Assembly (NCBI RefSeq): GCF_000002075.1
Contig: NW_004797298.1
Location: 1,617,255-1,681,254 of the forward strand
Direction: 5' to 3'
DNA: 64,000 nt
From: Aplysia californica
Taxonomy: Eukaryota
Made by a program: the position numbers and the translations under genes. The number at the start of each line of letters is the position of its first letter. Position 1 is the first letter of the stretch. The notes beneath the pieces were generated by a model. That model did not search any database. It had not been told where the DNA came from and saw only the letters and a program-made list of their open reading frames with translations. Below, one piece after another: positions 25,901 through 34,489 of this stretch.

Positions 25901-28900
25901 TCAAGTGGTGTAATCTTTCCGAAACAGGATGTGTTCACAAAGTGTTTCCTTTCCATTTTTCATTCAATGGGTAAACAAATCTAAGCTCTCTGTGGCTTCT
26001 GGTGTCTATTGTGTAGTGGTTAGGTACTTTTCACTCATAAGACGTGATTTCGAATTCTGTGTGGAAAAGTTATTTTGTAGGCCATTTCAGTCTACCTGAA
26101 CAGGTCAAAAAAAGTTTTGGGTTCTGTTTTGATGGTAGACAAGTGTGTGCCTTGTATGGATTCAGTACATGTCAGGCTGTGGAACCATGAGATCTTGTCA
26201 CTTCTTTGAAATCCTGATGATATTCATATTGGTCAGGAAATTGTACCTTGTGCTGCAGGACATTCCAGTAGCACAATTCCATCATGTAGGGAGATGTGTA
26301 AACAGCTGTTTAACTCTTAGTGCACCGACTGATATTCTTTGTTAGCGTGCAGTCATTTTTGCCATCCAATTTTTCAGCAATACAAATTTCCTGTAAACCA
26401 GTTGTCTCCAACTAAGATCCCATTGCCTACGATCCTGATTCACTTAAGATCTCACTGTTTCAAGAAAACAAGAATTTTTACTACACAAAAGTCACCCCTA
26501 AGATCCTGGTCTGAAGGATTACATTCTGTTAAGATCCCGCATTTCAGATCATAATTTACTGAACAAAAACTGGTGCGGATACAGCTAATGAACCTAACAC
26601 AGAGATAGCAACTAGTACGATTTTATGTATTTTAGTACGATTTTTTTCCGAAAATACGCGAATACGACTTTTCATGAAAAAATACGCATCCTGAAATGCT
26701 AAAAATACGAGATTCAGCTTGGGCGAGTTATCCTAATTATCTCAAGTCCCATCTTTTGTCAAAATAGTTTCAGTATCGCGGAATTGGAATATCTGAAAAC
26801 CAAATCCGATACGGTCTGTAAGTTCAATTTTGCCGGTCGCGATTGTGATATAATTATATTCGTTCAGCTTTTCCCCGTACGAGAGCACATTTCACTCTCA
26901 CGCGGACAGGCGGCAGGCGGAAGTGCATGTGACACCGAGGCTCGATCGGGAAAATCAAGATCTACTTTCGCTTTCGTTATTACCCAGAAGTTTGCCAGCG
27001 GTAGTCTGATAACGCAACATTTGTGACATGCAGTATAAACGCTGTGTCGCCGTGCAAATAAAATTTAATGAATACTCCGACTCGTCTCTGTGCTATCACT
27101 TGTGTGAAAAAAAAGGAAAAGAAAGTACAAGCATCGTCCCAGTTTTAGATTGTCTGGCTCGCCATCGTGACCGGTCATTGACCGTGCGCGCATTCGCATC
27201 ATAAAAATAGGGCATCGTGTGAGCAAAGACCATCTTTGGTGGGAGTGACGGCGTGGCGAAGCATAGGACTACGGAATAGGGGTGGGGATTATTGATTTTT
27301 AAAAAAAAATACCCTTGGGGGGGGGGGGGGGGGGGTGAAGGCAACACCAGAGGACAAAAACTTGGAAGCAATTTCAGTATTTTGATTAGAGCTCTCTGCA
27401 AAGTGCGCGTTGGTGCAGGCCGTGTGCGGAATAGGGACCCGTCACAATTGCAAGTCTGTGTTATTGAAATAAAGTGTTCGCGTTTCATTGGATAAGTGAT
27501 AGTAAATTATACCTACAGTGTATGTTCTAACTTTCTGTTCAACTTTCAAGACTGGCAGATTTTCAGTGTCACTGCATCTTGCCCTCCCACAGTTGTAACA
27601 ACTCTCACACTGTGTGGGTCTACTTGAGCCATTCAAGTTATTGCTCTTCTCTGAGTTTGAGCAATTATTTTAGCCTGTCGGTTCATAACATAAATCTTGA
27701 CACCCAGACTTGTTCTTGATAGTCGAAATTTTTGTTCTAGGCTCTTCCGAACGCTCAAAGCAGGATTAATTTTTTATATAATAACGAGACGAAAATATTA
27801 TAATAGACTGAAATGCTTAAGTCAAACAAGACCCCAGTTCGACACTTAACACTAACTACTAACATGTTGTTGACTGGATACATGTATATTGTACGCATGT
27901 GTGCTCCCTTTTTCGAGCTAGTGAGCTAGTAATTTTTTTTTCAGGAAATATTGCTGGACACCCTGAACATTTTACTAGTTGGTGGGTCGGTCGTGGGGAA
28001 TACACATTTTTCCCTGAAAATACACATTTTCATATTTCCCAATACTCATTTCGGTTTTCTGTGGTTGGCATCTCTGCTAACAGTGAAATGAACAAAAACT
28101 TGTGCGGATACAGCTAATCAACCTAGCAGTGAAAATTTGCAGTCATTGAACTTCCTGTTGCATCACAGATCGGCCACTCTAGTGGATGTGGTCACATGAC
28201 CATTGTAAACTCTATAAAACAGAGCAATGTTTGCTCCAGATGGAATCGCATTGAAGTGTGAACTCGCCATTGTGTTTTCCCCCAAGCATCACACTCGCAT
28301 CTGAGCTCTTCGCGTGAACTTGCTTTACCCGCTGGGTGGATAGGGCTTACAAGTCTGTATCAGATGAGATCACATCGAACTGTGAACTCATCCCTGACCA
28401 TAGCAGCAGTTGTCTCTACTCATGAATTTGCTAGACAGACTGAATTTTTATTAGTATGGTCACAACACAATTATGCTTTTCAACAGAGGGGGGGGGGGGG
28501 ATTTGGTTAGGAATGGAAGGCTATAAATCTTGGGCAAGTAAAGGGGAGAAGCAATTGGATAAATATATAGATCTTGAGACTCATGACAGGAAAATAAATG
28601 AAAATGGCATGCCTTATGTCATAAAGATTGGTCATCAAGGGTTGACCTCTCTTTGCTCATCATAAATCATAAACCCGCCCAGGGGTCACTTCATTTCATT
28701 TCAGAGTAAAAGAAAACCCTGAACATGAGTCAGCATGGATTCTTTCCTTGGTGTGTCGACTAAAATCCTGTTTACCTAAGATCCCACGTTTTCATTTCTC
28801 CCGAGCACTGGGATCTTAGGCAGAGACTAATTAGTAATGTACTGCTCCTATTAAATATGTTCTCAAAATAAACGTTATGTTGCTCCGTTCAGTAAACATA

Positions 28901-30238
28901 AATTTTGATATTACACTTATTGGCTGGAGTTTTCACTGATTTTCGTTATGACTGTATTGTAAACAGCTGAGCGATACTCTGCCTGTTTAACCTCTTCAAT
29001 GCCACAGTTAAATAGGCCCCTGTGCCTGGGGAAATCCCATGAACCAAGGCTGCTTAGAGGTGACCCCACTCTACCTCCCATAACTCTTTTTTTATTTACG
29101 AATATTTCCTCTTGAATTTCTGCGTGTTCGTTCTACATTGAACCACACTTCTATTGATATAATTTTGTGGGGATTTCATTGAGAGATAGATTGATATTTT
29201 ATCAGTAACTTCCCTTACAATTGATATCCAAACAACCTCTGTCACAGCCCGGTAAGTTCTATAGGCCATAGGCACCGCGCTACACGGTTCAGGCCCGTAA
29301 ATTCTACGGGCGCGCTGTGAAGAGGTTAACTGTCTCGCTGGGCAAATGGAAGAGACAGCATGTCAACTGTTCTGGTGTACCATTTACTAAGAGTTGATGT
29401 ACCTGGCACTTTCGTAGTTTCTTCACTGAAATTTTAATAAAAATATGGAATAACTAATGTTTATTTACCCAGATTATGGATGTGTCGAACGCATCTGTGG
29501 ATCCCCTGTGTTTGAGATATCTGTGCCCGTCTGTACTTTTTTTCTCTCCCTCTATTATGTTTTTCTGTCGGCCTTGCCTTTCTCATGCACTCTTAATGCT
29601 ATGTATTGTGTTGACATTCTTATCTTAACAGCATCAAATACTCCTTCAAAACTGAGCCATAATTGTACAAACTCTTTGTTTCAGTGACTTCGGAGACGAG
29701 GGATGAGAGCGATAAGGAGAGTGGAGAGGAGGAAGAGGGAGAGCCGAAAAGGCGGAAGATCGAGAGCGACGAAGATGAGGAAGAAGAGGACAAAGCCAGC
29801 GTTAAGTCTGCCGGAAGTGCCAGAAGTCGCAGCAAGAGTAGAAGCCGCAGCCGGAGCAGAAGTGCCAGCGGCAGCCGGAGCGGGAGTGGCAGTCCCCGGA
29901 GAAGTCGCAGCAAGAGTGGAAGCAGGAGTAGGAGCAGGAGTAAGAGCAGGAGTAAGAGTAAAAGTGTCAGCCGCAGCCGCAGCAGGAGCAGAAGCAAGAG
30001 TAAGAGCGCCAGCCGCAGTAGGAGTAGGAGTAGAAGTAAATCAGGCAGTCGGTCGCGCTCGCGATCTCGTAGTGCCAGCAAGAGCAGGAGCCGTAGCGTC
30101 AGTAGAAGTCGGAGCAGAAGCAGGAGTAAATCTGCCTCTGACAAGGAGGGAAGTGCCAGTGAAGCAGAGGAGGACAAGGGAAGGAAAGATGAGGAGGAGA
30201 TTTTTGGTTCTGCCGGCAGTTCAGAGGACAGTGACTAA
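6814..30238 (+). CDS. PAF1: RNA polymerase II-associated factor 1 homolog, multi-exon. Coding exons: 6814-6906, 9000-9121, 11301-11367, 11643-11744, 13262-13367, 14383-14451, 15472-15575, 18190-18306, 19603-19728, 20102-20204, 25808-25886, 29685-30238. N-terminal exon(s) not located.
   Basis: GT-AG exons join in frame to give [27 protein letters not shown]...[18 protein letters not shown]...[11 protein letters not shown]...VFPDF...FDSDPAP...MSQAMIRG...FVAYFLP...[11 protein letters not shown]...[15 protein letters not shown], which are recognisable PAF1 motifs; splice phases are consistent throughout. Confidence 0.96.
9000..9121 (+). CDS. PAF1: PAF1 coding exon ([40 protein letters not shown])
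   Basis: tttcag acceptor, G/gtgag donor, in frame. Confidence 0.95.
9774..10861 (+). mobile_element. Non-autonomous TIR element (CAGTGYTTCCAC ends), copy A
   Basis: TIRs; flanking TTTAAT duplicated; internally homologous to 16873-18038. Confidence 0.8.
11301..11367 (+). CDS. PAF1: PAF1 coding exon ([22 protein letters not shown])
   Basis: ttgatag acceptor, AG/gtgag donor; corresponds to the DEKLLEE motif. Confidence 0.93.
11643..11744 (+). CDS. PAF1: PAF1 coding exon ([24 protein letters not shown]...)
   Basis: tttcag / gtaag boundaries; [11 protein letters not shown] motif. Confidence 0.95.
11955..12665. mobile_element. Degenerate pogo-like MITE
   Basis: GTCGAACCT ... AGGTTCGACTG-TA ends. 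Confidence 0.5.
13262..13367 (+). CDS. PAF1: PAF1 coding exon ([35 protein letters not shown])
   Basis: ttctcag / gtaagt boundaries; YKDRESQI motif. Confidence 0.95.
14383..14451 (+). CDS. PAF1: PAF1 coding exon ([23 protein letters not shown])
   Basis: tatcag / gtgag boundaries; HYSKP...VFPDF motif. Confidence 0.95.
15472..15575 (+). CDS. PAF1: PAF1 coding exon ([19 protein letters not shown]...MSQAMIR)
   Basis: ggctag / gtgagt boundaries; FDSDPAP motif. Confidence 0.95.
16310..18185. repeat. Degenerate minisatellite (GAG(C/T)(A/G)TGTGATATTTCTGTACT-like units) interrupted by two insertions
   Basis: Many tandem TGTGATA(T/A)TT units at 16310-16500, 16710-16872 and 18039-18185. Confidence 0.7.
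16873..18038 (+). mobile_element. Non-autonomous TIR element (CAGTGCTTCCAC ends), copy B, inserted into a minisatellite
   Basis: 12-bp perfect TIR; TCTAA duplicated; a partial third copy lies at about 49383-49650 on the - strand. Confidence 0.8.
18190..18306 (+). CDS. PAF1: PAF1 coding exon ([27 protein letters not shown]...)
   Basis: ctcacag / gtgagt boundaries; QFVAYFLP motif. Confidence 0.95.
19603..19728 (+). CDS. PAF1: PAF1 coding exon ([27 protein letters not shown]...FYNELETR)
   Basis: gtgcag / gtgaag boundaries; [11 protein letters not shown] motif. Confidence 0.95.
20102..20204 (+). CDS. PAF1: PAF1 coding exon (VRLSKRRK...[16 protein letters not shown])
   Basis: gtttag / gtttgt boundaries; ends in phase 0. 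Confidence 0.94.
20230..20503. mobile_element. TTAA MITE (piggyBac-like), about 25 nt from a PAF1 donor; diverged copy at about 50361-50635
   Basis: TTAA-CTCTTTATCTC ... GAGATAAAGAG-TTAA. Confidence 0.8.
20532..22834 (+). mobile_element. Full-length piggyBac DNA transposon in a PAF1 intron
   Basis: TTAA at 20528-31 and 22835-38; perfect 15-bp TIR CACATTACACCCTAA / TTAGGGTGTAATGTG; 16-bp left-end direct repeat ACCCTAACTCGCCCGG (20540, 20585); intact transposase ORF. Confidence 0.95.
20770..22503 (+). CDS. piggyBac transposase (PGBD-like), 577 aa
   Basis: Acidic N-terminus, MSRQRF motif, catalytic motifs SIDEAM / YFDNYFSS / [17 protein letters not shown]-terminal Cys-rich domain (CYVC...CTYC...C...C...H); no stops or frameshifts. 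Confidence 0.95.
   Translation: MAFQTLQGWLNELQNNRAQPETSSSDGSESEQTNAESDIDENVIAEVDSDESDVDLDPESDHETENERTEWSETLRDVRLEPFQEPVGPLHNLDENSKPIDFFHLFVPPTFLDEIVVQTNLYAEQCQNNKGKRDTYWKAVTVSDIRKFLYLNIMFGIHHVPDSRLYWSVDPVLRVPAVADVMSRQRFEKINQYFHLNDSTKMPNRGEENYDPLFKLRPLLDTVRTACGSSYKPGRNISIDEAMIGFNGRLHFKQYIRNKPTKWGIKVWCVAEAETGYMLNFRFYTGKINEPMTDGVGHHVVMNCAADYLGKYHCIYFDNYFSSVRLAEDLLKKKTYSCATVRTNRKGWPFPTKNKQKKGTLNMKQRGTMVATQWHDKRPVNVLSTCCNPTTTDVTRRTKEGVVPQTIPTPVHDYNQNMSGVDLADQYRSYYNIGRPGKKWWRYGVWFLIQTAIINAFLLMRRANPNARRRSPGADHLHFRIALLQDLLRETPSSSTTINTRESPSVSARANPNNEQHKLVKIPGRKKTCYVCSKAKRKTNKGRGVETVYGCTYCGIHLCKGRCFTTYHRSLELDEPL
23439..24139. mobile_element. TTAA-flanked non-autonomous element with GG-start TIRs (Kolobok-like)
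   Basis: TTAA-GGGGAGGAGCGACCCTTG ... CAAGGGTAGCTCCTCCCG-TTAA, 16/18 match. Confidence 0.7.
25310..25650 (+). mobile_element. RTE-like LINE 3' fragment
   Basis: IRNNKIRE...[12 protein letters not shown] peptide; (TAAAG)n tail. Confidence 0.7.
25808..25886 (+). CDS. PAF1: PAF1 coding exon ([26 protein letters not shown])
   Basis: cctcag / gtaaat boundaries; starts in phase 0; matches EARKAQLE...EEEEE region. Confidence 0.9.
26600..28076. mobile_element. Non-autonomous TIR element (CAGAGAT.(G/C)CAAC ends), nested in an older TIR element at about 26400-28830
   Basis: TIR CAGAGATAGCAAC / GTTGGCATCTCTG; 6-bp TSD CTAACA; outer element has CTAAGATCCCA inverted ends. Confidence 0.7.
28991..29325. 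mobile_element. TTAA MITE; related longer copy at about 6968-7585
   Basis: TTAA-CCTCTTCA ... TGAAGAGG-TTAA; shared internal AAATAGGCCCCTGTGCC...GTGACCCCACTCTACC. Confidence 0.8.
29685..30238 (+). CDS. PAF1: PAF1 terminal coding exon, acidic plus SRSRSK-rich low-complexity tail
   Basis: tttcag acceptor in phase 1 continues the reading frame to TAA at 30236-30238. Confidence 0.9.
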
Positions 30239-30414
30239 TGTTTGTTACTGTCACTTTTTGACTAATTTCGTTTATAGGAATAAGTCAATCATGATTGTCG
30301 TTTTTTTTGGGGGTTTTTTTGGGGGGGGCAAAATGCAGGATTTCTTGAAACTCCTATAAAAAATGTACTGCCCGTTTTTCCCCATCACCAACATCATTGA
30401 TTTTATTAAACATT

Positions 30415-30420
30415 AATAAA
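30415..30420 (+). terminator. Candidate PAF1 polyadenylation signal AATAAA
   Basis: AATAAA about 180 nt after the stop, followed by GT/T-rich sequence. Confidence 0.55.
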
Positions 30421-33400
30421 ATGTACATATTTATATGTTCGTCTTTTGCTTGATTTTTTTGTGTAAATCATTGATCTTTTTTATTTAAAAAAATTTGAGG
30501 CCATAGTAGAAGTAGGAAATCCAAGTAAAAATCTGTGCCTTCCGTTTCTGAACCTGATAATGTATAATCTGTGGCTTCTTTCTTTGCTACATTGCTATGG
30601 ACTGTAAAAATTTCTGCCTTCTTTCTAGGTATGGACTTTATTCTTTAAAGCCTGTGTTGTCTACTTCTTCCTATGAACCCGATTCCTCAAAATATCTGTG
30701 GTGCAGCTGTTAAGCTGTTGGTCATTGCACACAGAAGACACAAGTTTGATTCCCAGGTTGGGATGTTCTTTTTTTAATCAAGTAGGCCTACTGTCGAAAT
30801 TACTGAGACTAGACAGCCAACCGTTGTTGAGAAAAATGGCTATCCTACACAGTGTCATTATATGGTAATGTTTTCAAAAATAATCCACGGGGGGGGGNNN
30901 NNNNNNNNNNNNNNNNNNNNNNNNNNNNNNNNNNNNNNNNNNNNNNNNNNNNNNNNNNNNNNNNNNNNNNNNNNNNNNNNNNNNNNNNNNNNNNNNNCTG
31001 TTTGTACAAGTGATTAACAGTCTGCTCTTACACAGGTGGCCAGTGGGTGGTAAGCAGATGCCCTGGTGTGGTTTGCTTCTTCTTTATTCTTAACAAACAT
31101 CTATCGTCCTGATCTCTTCTTGTTGTTTGTGTTTGTTACACTCTTGTAACATCTCTAATCTTCGACACTCATATGACCTTATTGTGTTGCAAGTGACGTA
31201 AAACTCTTATCAAACAAAAAACAGGTGGCCATTATAGTAATTATACTGTCCCGATAGGATTATGCGATGGTTATGGGTTTTGATTTTGTTCCCTTGAACT
31301 TGAGCATGTTCAATTTTCCAATCCATCAAAAGTTGTTCTCATGTCTGCTGATGTTTCATGTTTGACAGGTGTCCCTGATTTTAGTAATGTGCCAGCATCA
31401 GAGGTCCAGATGTCGTTTTTTAAAAACGTTTTTCTTACCTCTATAGATCTTGATCTAGAATCTAGATATATAGATTATATATATATAGATCTATAGCTGA
31501 AAGTTACAGAGATTATTATTTTTTGTTGGGTTTTTTTTTTTACTGATGTGGATTGTTTTCTTTTCCAAATACAGAACAAATTACTGATACTGATATGTTC
31601 TGTTTTCAATTTTCCTGTACTTAAAACATGAAAATCATGAAACTTCGCGTTGAAAAAGTGCAAAACATGTCGCGAATGGTGTTACGGTAACTTGCATAAT
31701 TTTGCTTTTTTGTGCATAATTTGGCCTTCTAAATTTGCATAATTCTACGGGGACAGATTATAATAATAGCTAGCTTGACTGTATTTTCGTCTCTCTGCTG
31801 GGAAGTTGTATCCCACTCTGCCTGTGTTGGCCCTGACAGAGGCAGTGTTGAAGCAACCAGCCTTTGAAAAGATGTAAATTGTGTCTAGATGGGGGTCAGT
31901 GCCAAGTGGACCATACATTCTTCTTGGACTTGGCCTGTGGTTTGCTCCATCTTTCCTATAAAAAATCTATCGTCTCTATCTCCCCTCCTTTTTTGTGTTT
32001 GTTACTCTCTTGTACCACCTCTAATCTTCGGTACTTATATATGACCTTATTGTGTTGCAAGTGCCATAAAAATCCTACTAAAACTAAACAGATTTTCTTT
32101 TTGGTGCTGGAGGATATTGTTGCTGGAACTATGTAAACTTCTGTCAATTTCAGTTTGGCCCGAGATACACGCACTCGCATTCATTATCTCTCTCTTCTGC
32201 TTATACTATAAATGTATAGGGATCGTGGTGAAGTCAGGCACTCATCAAAATAATGAAATCGAAGAAATCTGCATTTTTCTGCACGTTGGGCAATGTTTGT
32301 TTTTTTCCTCAACACCTTATATGTCCATTTGAAAACAAAATTTCTGTTCTGATTTTACTGAAAAACGATTAAAGGCACAAAAAATATGAATTTGCCGGTT
32401 TTCAGGACACTCAAGCATTGGAAGTCAATAAACTTTGTCGGCCATTTTTTCACTAATTTTACCCCTGACAAGAGGTGACCGCCACCTCCTTCAATCGTAT
32501 ATATATATATCTCTCTCTCGAGTTCTAATAGTTCTAAGCAAGAAAGATCAGGTATATTTTTTTTTCACCTTCAGCAAGACAAATGAATAAGCAAAAAGGC
32601 ATAAAGCTTAACGAGGATACCAGTAACTCCATACGCCTAAAAATTGATGAGTGCCTGATTACACTCGTGGGTTGCCAAGGTTCAACTTCAAGGTTCAGAT
32701 GGAGGTCTAATTGTTTAAAGGAAAGCTAAAACCTCTTGATGTAGATTGGTGTAAAACAACAGGGTCTATTTGCAGTCTCATCAACATGGGGAAAGTGGCC
32801 TTCTGTATCATGTCTTGTTGTTTCAGTAAAGAGAAGCACAATGACACAATAAAGGTCATGAGAGTTCAGAGAGAGTTTGTTTGTTTTAGTGGAGGTTTTA
32901 CGGTGCTCGCAACTGCATACGGTCATGTGAGCGCCAGAAGATTTGAGGTGTAACAAGAGAGTAACAAACATAAAAAGAAGAAAGGGGAGATAAGAACGAT
33001 AGATGTTTGATAGGAAAGAAGAAGCAAACCACACCAGAGCACCCGCCAACCATCCTCTCAGAGAGAGTAAAACGGACGCTAGACAATAGATGGAAAGAAA
33101 AGGAGAACTTATCAGCGGAGCCCTCAAACCATCCGTTCTGTTTGTCGGAGCTCATTCTGATCTCACGTAACTATTTTTCTAGACATGGCTTGCGCCATTT
33201 TGAAATGAAACAACCTAGTTCCCTGCCAGACAAGCTGAAGAGCTAGTTGGAGGGAAACATTGCAGGAAGGACTTACAATGGAAACATTCAATGTCAAACA
33301 CTACCAGAGTTTGAACCTCAAGATGTCCACTCCAAGGCTTGATAAAATTGGGACTAGAAGTAACTGCTTCAACAGGCAGCAGGCAAGGTCAAGCAGCCCG

Positions 33401-33430
33401 CCTCCTGAATGATAAAAACCACATTATTTT

Positions 33431-33605
33431 GTTTTAGTAGGAGTTTTACGGCACTAGCAACACAATAAGGCTAAGGTCATATACGTGCCGAAGATTAGGT
33501 GTTACAAGAGAGTAACAAGCATAAAAAAGGAAGATAGATCAGGACGATAGATGTTTGGTAGGAAAGAAGGAGTAAACCACACCAAAGCACCCGCCAACCA
33601 CCCAC
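33431..33605 (-). mobile_element. About 170-bp short retroposon without a tRNA head. Other copies at about 16502-16670(+), 19287-19447(+), 31043-31220(+), 31930-32090(+), 32880-33055(-), 34637-34801(-), 47951-48130(-), 48401-48570(-).
   Basis: Shared 5' end GTGGGTGGTTGGCGGGTGCTCTGGTGTGG, shared 3' tail with the tRNA-SINE, and TSD AAAAACCAC(A/T)TTAT at this copy. Confidence 0.8.
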
Positions 33606-33695
33606 AAAAACCACTTTATAAATTGCATTGACGGAGTGTACAACATTTATGATTTTTTTCTTTCATGGCCAATATTGGTGAACAACCGAAGAATA

Positions 33696-34489
33696 CAGTG
33701 GAACTCGGATTCAACGAGATGAGATAGATTCCCTATTGGTTTTTTTCTTCTTTGAAATCAATAAAAATAACCCGGATTCAATGAGCACTTAAATCAGCGA
33801 GCTCGGATTCAACGAGGTCGCTCTCAGGGCGAACAGCCCCCGCAGACGTGGCTTCGCTAATTTTTCTCCCAGAACAAACTTTATCTATTCCCGGATTCCC
33901 AGAAACCATCCATTGCACCTGCATCAAGAACCATTATTCACTTAGCCGATTGCAAACGACCAATCAGTGGCCTTTTTTCATACCAACACATGCGTTGTTG
34001 ACACGCAAACGTGTCTACTCTGGCGTGTGTCAGGGTCGGATGGGCGGCCTGCATGGGTGTCGGGGGGGGGGGCAATAGCGGTCCTGGCGCTGAACGTCGC
34101 AGATACAAACGCGTCAGTTTTTTTCCCCCTCGGCAACTGATCATTATTACAATGATAATTGATAAGCTTGACGTAGATCTACATAATGAATTGTGCGCTG
34201 GTCTATGTAATCAAAAGTTATCATATGCCAGGCTCTACACAGGAACACAACTTTTTGGTAAACAATCGAGATGACACAGGCGTGATTTTGAACGAATCTG
34301 TCTTTTTTTTTTTTTACACAGCTCATAATATGCAGGCATTCCAGGCACTACTTGCGACTTCTCTTTACACATTACTTGCTCAGTGCCTGTAATTATCTGC
34401 ACAAAACCTCATGTTTGCTATAACGAACACTCGGATTCAACGAGATTTTAGGTCTGGCCCGGCGACCTCGTTGAATCCGAGTTCCACTG
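33696..34489. mobile_element. Tc1/mariner (pogo/Tigger-like) MITE
   Basis: TA TSDs; perfect 23-bp TIR CAGTGGAACTCGGATTCAACGAG; internal repeats of the TIR motif. Confidence 0.85.

Noticed and set aside
29620-30359. Leu-rich antisense ORF (29620-30177) and Ala/Gly-rich alternative-frame ORF (29703-30359)
   Set aside because: Shadows of the low-complexity RS-coding exon; only the RS frame fits the PAF1 splice phase
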